From assembly GCA_965248355.1 (NCBI GenBank), contig OZ252098.1, positions 3,872,001-3,936,000 of the forward strand: a DNA stretch of 64,000 bases, read 5' to 3'. The DNA is from Candidatus Latescibacterota bacterium. GTDB lineage: Bacteria > Latescibacterota > UBA2968 > UBA8231. Below, in pieces: positions 59,783 through 64,000 of the stretch. Made by a program: the position numbers and the translations under genes. Each line of letters starts with the position of its first letter. Within the stretch, counting starts at the first letter, position 1. Under the pieces are notes generated by a model. The model ran no database searches. It was given only the letters and a program-made list of their open reading frames with translations, and was not told the origin of the DNA.

Positions 59783-59937
59783 GACTTCTCTTCCATCGGA
59801 ACCGCGCCTTCGGCGGGGGAGTTGCCTGCCGCCGTGTCCTGGAAGCTGCATCCTGTCCAAGAACATATATATAGATGGCTCGCCAGGCTCGGAAGATCGA
59901 AGGCCGGCGTCCCCGCCACTGCCAGTCGTGAGAAAGA

Positions 59938-61902
59938 TTACTTGATAAGCGCCAGCGGTTGCCGGTAGAGTTGGGAGCCGACCCGCAAACGCGCCCAATA
60001 GACCCCGGAGGCCACCGGACGCCCCCGGTCGTTGCGGGCATCCCACCCGGCCAGGTAACGACCCACCCCCCGGCCGCCGGTCAGTTGGCGCACCAATTGG
60101 CCATCGACCCCGTAAATGGCCAAGGCATAATCCGCCTCAACCGGCAGGATGAAGGGTATCCGCGTGAAGCTGTTGAACGGATTGGGGTAGTTGGGCAACA
60201 GAGCGGCCTGGTCGGGGGTGGTTTGCTCCACCTCTTCCACGGCCGTGGGGACCGCGCCGGGCAGATATCGCGATAGTGCGGCACCGCTGACGATGTGGGC
60301 TTCCCCCGCGTTCTCGCGTTGATTGTCGGGCCCGTCGCCGGCCATGCCGTTGGGGATGGCGTCCATCCGCCCGTCGCCATCCATATCGCCGCTGGCTCCC
60401 CAATAGGCCGAGAAATCGACCGGGTCGGGTGCTTGAATCCACACGACGGGTACCGCGGGGTCGGCCAGGTCGATCTCGTGCGGCAGTCCGGGGCCGCCGG
60501 CCAGCACCGCGAAACCGCCGGCCAGGCGCCGCTTGAGAGGCCCCTCGTCGCCGGGCACCCCGACAAAGAGGTCGTCGTACCCGTCGCCGTGGATATCGCC
60601 GGCCGCCAGGGCGTCGCCGGTGATGGCATTTGGGCGGGCCCCGTAGATGATGGTGATGTCGACCGGCGGCGCAGCCATATCCAGCCGCTGTCCGCGCCGA
60701 TGGGGACCGCCGGACACCACGTACACCTCGCCGGCGTCGGCGCGGCTGTTGCCCGGACCGTCGGCCCGGTACGCGCCGATGAGCAGGTCCTGGATGCCGT
60801 TGCCGTCGATATCGGCCAGGACGAATTCCTCGCCCAGCCGGTCTGGCGAATCACCGCCGCCATCGGCCCCGTAGATGACGGTCAGATCGTCGGGAGGATC
60901 CCCGGCCAGATCAATCGCCGCGGGCCGGTGGGGACCGCCGTAGACCACGTACATCTCCCCGGCGTTCTCGCGCCGGTTCCCCGGTCCATCCCCCGCCCCG
61001 CCCCTGCGCTTGTACGCATTGCGCAAGGTGCCGAAGGCCGCCGCGCCAATGGCGATGTCGTCGTATCCGTCGCCGTCGAAGTCGCCGGCGGCCACGGTCG
61101 AACCGGCGTGGTCCAGGGCATCGATGCCGTAGATGACACTCAACGGGTGTTCCGCAGCCGCCAGATCTATGGTGGCGCCCGAATCCAGCGGGCCGTAGAG
61201 GAGGTACACCCGCCCCGTCTCCTCGGCCCCCGCCGCCCCCGGGGCCTGGTCGGCACCCACCACCGCATCCCGGTGACCATCGCCGTCGAAATCTCCGGCG
61301 GTCATCCACACCCCCAGGCGGTTGTCGCCTTCAGCGCCGATGACGACGCTCAGCCCCTCCGGCCAGGGTCGTTGCGCCAGATCCAGGCGCCTTCCCCCGG
61401 CCCTCAATCGGGCGATGAGCTCGGCCGAGAAGATGTAGAGCTTGCCGGCGTCGGCGCGCTCGGGGGCATCGGCGTAGAAAGCGCCCACCAGGAGATCGGC
61501 GCGCTGGTCGCCCGTGAGGTCGGCCACATGGGTCTTGATACCGAAGAGGTCGCGCGGGGCCTCCCCATACAGGGTGACCACATCGGCGGGGTCGGCGGCC
61601 AGGTCCAGGCCGCCCCCCGAAGGAATGGTGTCGAAGCAGATGGCCACTTCGCCGGCGTTGGAGCGGTCGTTGTCAGGGCCATCGCCGGCCATGGCCGAAA
61701 TCACCAGATCGCCGCGCCCGTCGCCATCGAGATCGCCGGCGGTGATCGGCGTGCCGAATTCGGCATCATTGGCGTCGGGGTTGTACACCGTGAACTGACC
61801 CGTCTGAGCGGTATCGGCCAAGTCCCACACGTGGACGATCTGGGCCGGGACCGGGATGGCGAGACAGCACAGGACCGACGGCCAGGCGGCCGCGTATTTC
61901 AT
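59938..61902 (-). CDS. secreted FG-GAP/integrin-alpha-like beta-propeller protein with FlgD-Ig/T9SS-like tail
   Basis: Signal peptide; seven repeats with GDxDGDG Ca-loops and NAGEVY motifs; NYPNPFN...WDARN...VASGVY. Confidence 0.9.
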   Translation of the reverse strand: MKYAAAWPSVLCCLAIPVPAQIVHVWDLADTAQTGQFTVYNPDANDAEFGTPITAGDLDGDGRGDLVISAMAGDGPDNDRSNAGEVAICFDTIPSGGGLDLAADPADVVTLYGEAPRDLFGIKTHVADLTGDQRADLLVGAFYADAPERADAGKLYIFSAELIARLRAGGRRLDLAQRPWPEGLSVVIGAEGDNRLGVWMTAGDFDGDGHRDAVVGADQAPGAAGAEETGRVYLLYGPLDSGATIDLAAAEHPLSVIYGIDALDHAGSTVAAGDFDGDGYDDIAIGAAAFGTLRNAYKRRGGAGDGPGNRRENAGEMYVVYGGPHRPAAIDLAGDPPDDLTVIYGADGGGDSPDRLGEEFVLADIDGNGIQDLLIGAYRADGPGNSRADAGEVYVVSGGPHRRGQRLDMAAPPVDITIIYGARPNAITGDALAAGDIHGDGYDDLFVGVPGDEGPLKRRLAGGFAVLAGGPGLPHEIDLADPAVPVVWIQAPDPVDFSAYWGASGDMDGDGRMDAIPNGMAGDGPDNQRENAGEAHIVSGAALSRYLPGAVPTAVEEVEQTTPDQAALLPNYPNPFNSFTRIPFILPVEADYALAIYGVDGQLVRQLTGGRGVGRYLAGWDARNDRGRPVASGVYWARLRVGSQLYRQPLALIK

Positions 61903-62040
61903 GGAAGGTTCCTCTCTGGCGGTTCATGTCCTGGGTGACGTGGATGAGCAGGGCCGCCCCCCTCGCGTGGGCCCAGATGTGGCTCCAGGCCCAGCGCAGG
62001 TTGCCGGCGATCGTGCCGGCAACCGAAGATAACCCCCCAA

Positions 62041-62088
62041 GCGGACATCGTAGATTCTCAGGCACACGCCGGCCGGTGTGTGCAGCAG
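62041..62088 (-). pseudogene. 16-codon relic of an FlgD-Ig/T9SS-like C-terminal domain
   Basis: LLHTPAGVCLRIYDVR versus QLHAPAHVRLNIYDVR in the WD40 tail. Confidence 0.5.
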
Positions 62089-62104
62089 CGTCGAACATCG
62101 ATCA

Positions 62105-62464
62105 GACATCGAAGTCGTGACGCACACCTCCGAAACCGCGGCCAGCAAGGAGCAACTCCAGTCTCTCGTCGACGAGCTGGGGGACCTGTTCGGCAGCAAG
62201 CCGGGGGGCACGTGGGTAAGGCTGCGCTCGCTTGACCGGCGCGACTACGCCGAGAACAGGACCCCGATCGACGGGAGCGTGCGTCCCACCTTCGTCAGCG
62301 TGCTGCGCGACGAATGGCCCGACGCGGTCGAGCTGCGCCGGGAGATGGCCGGCATCGCGGAAGTCGTCGCCCGGATCCTCGACAGGCCCCGGGGAAACGT
62401 ACACGTGCTGTATTCCCCGGGCGCCAAAGGGCGGATCGGCTTTGGCGGCGAATTGAAGGAGTAG
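62105..62464 (+). pseudogene. tautomerase (4-OT/MIF-like) family gene lacking its Met-Pro N-terminus
   Basis: DIEVV...GTWVRL...YAEN...LDRPRGNVHVLYSPGAKGRIGFGG; no MP start or RBS upstream. Confidence 0.55.
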
Positions 62465-62478
62465 CCGGGACAGCGGCT

Positions 62479-63708
62479 TCAGACCACACGCCACCACGGG
62501 GCGGCCAGCACGCGATCGGTGAGCCAGAACGTCTCTTCGCCATCGTAGAGAAGGATCCCGCACTGGGCCATGTCGGAATACTCGTCCAGGAAGGTGTGGA
62601 CATGGCGCACGTCCGAGGGGCGGGCGCTGGCGGCGGCCTTCACTTCCACCGGCAGCAGACGCCGGCCCGTCTCGATGACGAAGTCGACCTCCGCACCCTT
62701 GGTGGTCCGCCAGAAGAGAATCTCCGATCTGTCGACGCGGGCGCCCGCCCAGGCGAGCAGGTCGCAGAGCACCAGGTTCTCCAGGTGAGGGCCGCGGGGA
62801 TGCGCGTCGCCCGCCAGGTGCAAGGCCAGACCGGTGTCGCTCCAGTAGAGTTTGGATGACTTGACCAGCCGTTTCGTCCTGTTGACGGCGTAGGCGGGAA
62901 GTCGCACCAACTGGAAGGAGACCTCCAGCAAGTTGAGATACCGCTGCACCGTGGAGGGGGCCAGGTCCACGTCCCGGGCCAAGTCGGCCTGATTCAACAG
63001 CCCCCCGATGCGCAGACAGACGGCCGTCATCAACCTGCGCAGGTCGGTGATTCCCTCAATGGCGGACAGACGCGGGATATCCCGCTCCAGGTAGGTAGCC
63101 GCGTAGCCTTCGAACCACAGCCGCCGGTCGTCATCGTCCGTCAGCTCAAGGGCCGGGACGGGATAGCCTCCGCGCCGGGTAAAAGCCATCCACGGCTCTG
63201 CCTCGGCGGGTTCCGCGAGCAGAACATCCCGCCATGCACCGGGAGGCGCATCCAGAAGCTCTGTCCACATGCCAGGCCTGGCCGACCCGCCTTGCTCGCG
63301 GCGGGTCATGGGCCAGAGCGTCAGGTAGCTGGCGCGGCCAGCCAGCGTTTCGCCCACCTCCTTCATCAGCAGCAGATTGGCCGACCCGGTCAGGAGGAAA
63401 CGGCCGGCCACGCGGCCTTCGTCGACCAGGCGCTTGATGGCAAGCAGCACATGCGGCACCCGCTGAACCTCGTCGAGCGTGATCCGCACGGCCCGGGCCG
63501 CAAGGGCATCCGGCTCGCGCTGGGCCTGCTCGAGGACGGCGAAATCGTCGAGAGTGAAGTAGGATCTGCCTGCCCCGATGGGGTGCATGCGGGCGAGGGT
63601 GCTCTTGCCGGTCTGCCGGGCGCCGGTGAGAACCGCCACGGGCATGACTCTCAGCGCCCGCTCCACACTCTCGGAAGCAAACCGGGGCAGTAGTGGATCC
63701 GTGTCCAT
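62479..63708 (-). CDS. AAA_14 ATPase with DUF4143 (wHTH and nuclease-like C-terminus)
   Basis: GARQTGKST, LDEVQ, LTGSA, ETLAGR, GGYP, YLERD, KLYWSDTGL, EVDFVIE, PVEVK. Confidence 0.93.
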   Translation of the reverse strand: MDTDPLLPRFASESVERALRVMPVAVLTGARQTGKSTLARMHPIGAGRSYFTLDDFAVLEQAQREPDALAARAVRITLDEVQRVPHVLLAIKRLVDEGRVAGRFLLTGSANLLLMKEVGETLAGRASYLTLWPMTRREQGGSARPGMWTELLDAPPGAWRDVLLAEPAEAEPWMAFTRRGGYPVPALELTDDDDRRLWFEGYAATYLERDIPRLSAIEGITDLRRLMTAVCLRIGGLLNQADLARDVDLAPSTVQRYLNLLEVSFQLVRLPAYAVNRTKRLVKSSKLYWSDTGLALHLAGDAHPRGPHLENLVLCDLLAWAGARVDRSEILFWRTTKGAEVDFVIETGRRLLPVEVKAAASARPSDVRHVHTFLDEYSDMAQCGILLYDGEETFWLTDRVLAAPWWRVV

Positions 63709-63720
63709 AGGGCCATGATA

Positions 63721-63737
63721 TGGGTGATAATCACCCA
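63721..63737. promoter_or_regulatory. 17-bp perfect inverted repeat, candidate operator
   Basis: TGGGTGAT-A-ATCACCCA 13 nt upstream of ATG 63708; extra half-site GGGTGAT at 63744-63750. Confidence 0.6.
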
Positions 63738-63769
63738 CGCCAAGGGTGATTTACGCCACCAGAGGGAGC

Positions 63770-63945
63770 TACTTCCTCGAGACCCTGGGGATCGAGCTGG
63801 TGGCCGGGAGGAATGCCGAGCCGACGATCACTCCAGGTCGATGCACTCGATGATCGAGCCCATCCTGCTGGCCGACTGGCTGCACCTGGTGATCGCCGTC
63901 AGAATGGCCCCCCACGACGTGCCGGAGACGATGGCCTTCCTCGAG
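63770..63945 (+). pseudogene. collapsed relic of a MacB/FtsX-type ABC permease
   Basis: YFLETLGIELVAGRN followed in another frame by SMHSMIEPILL...IAVRMAPHDVPETMAFLE, resembling separated periplasmic segments of these permeases. Confidence 0.6.
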
Positions 63946-64000
63946 TGCCGGTCCACGGTTCACATAACAGCGTCTTGCAGGTCATATTGGGCAAGGCACC

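Noticed and set aside
59880..59935. CCCCGCCACTG resembling a cobalamin riboswitch block
   Set aside because: It is antisense to the flanking genes and the other conserved blocks are absent.

Overview
High-GC bacterial window with about 45 protein-coding genes and no rRNA, tRNA, CRISPR array, transposase or integrase that I can recognise. It is mostly catabolic accessory genes: six PhyH-type Fe(II)/2-oxoglutarate dioxygenases, three enolase-superfamily (mandelate racemase-like) enzymes, two BNR/sialidase-like proteins, a sulfatase, a heparinase II/III-like protein, several glycoside-hydrolase-like folds, amidohydrolases and peptidases. Housekeeping genes are few (acs, moeA, nfuA). Five secreted proteins (CotH/lamin-tail, WD40, VIT-vWA, vWA, FG-GAP) end in the same PNPF[NS]-type FlgD-Ig/T9SS-like C-terminal domain. 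This gene content suggests a Latescibacterota/Gemmatimonadota/Poribacteria-like lineage, possibly host-associated (inference only). The most interesting unexplained signal is a modular intergenic element of about 140-200 bp present five times, always in the same orientation. It has ~50-bp imperfect inverted arms with compensatory changes and purine-rich internal loops around a central GA-GC-GCA-GC-GA hairpin, so it is a candidate new structured ssDNA/RNA element (REP/MITE-like or ncRNA). The window also shows clear gene erosion: one nonsense mutation, two frameshifts and at least seven short collapsed gene relics in spacers, two of them relics of paralogs that are intact elsewhere in this window.
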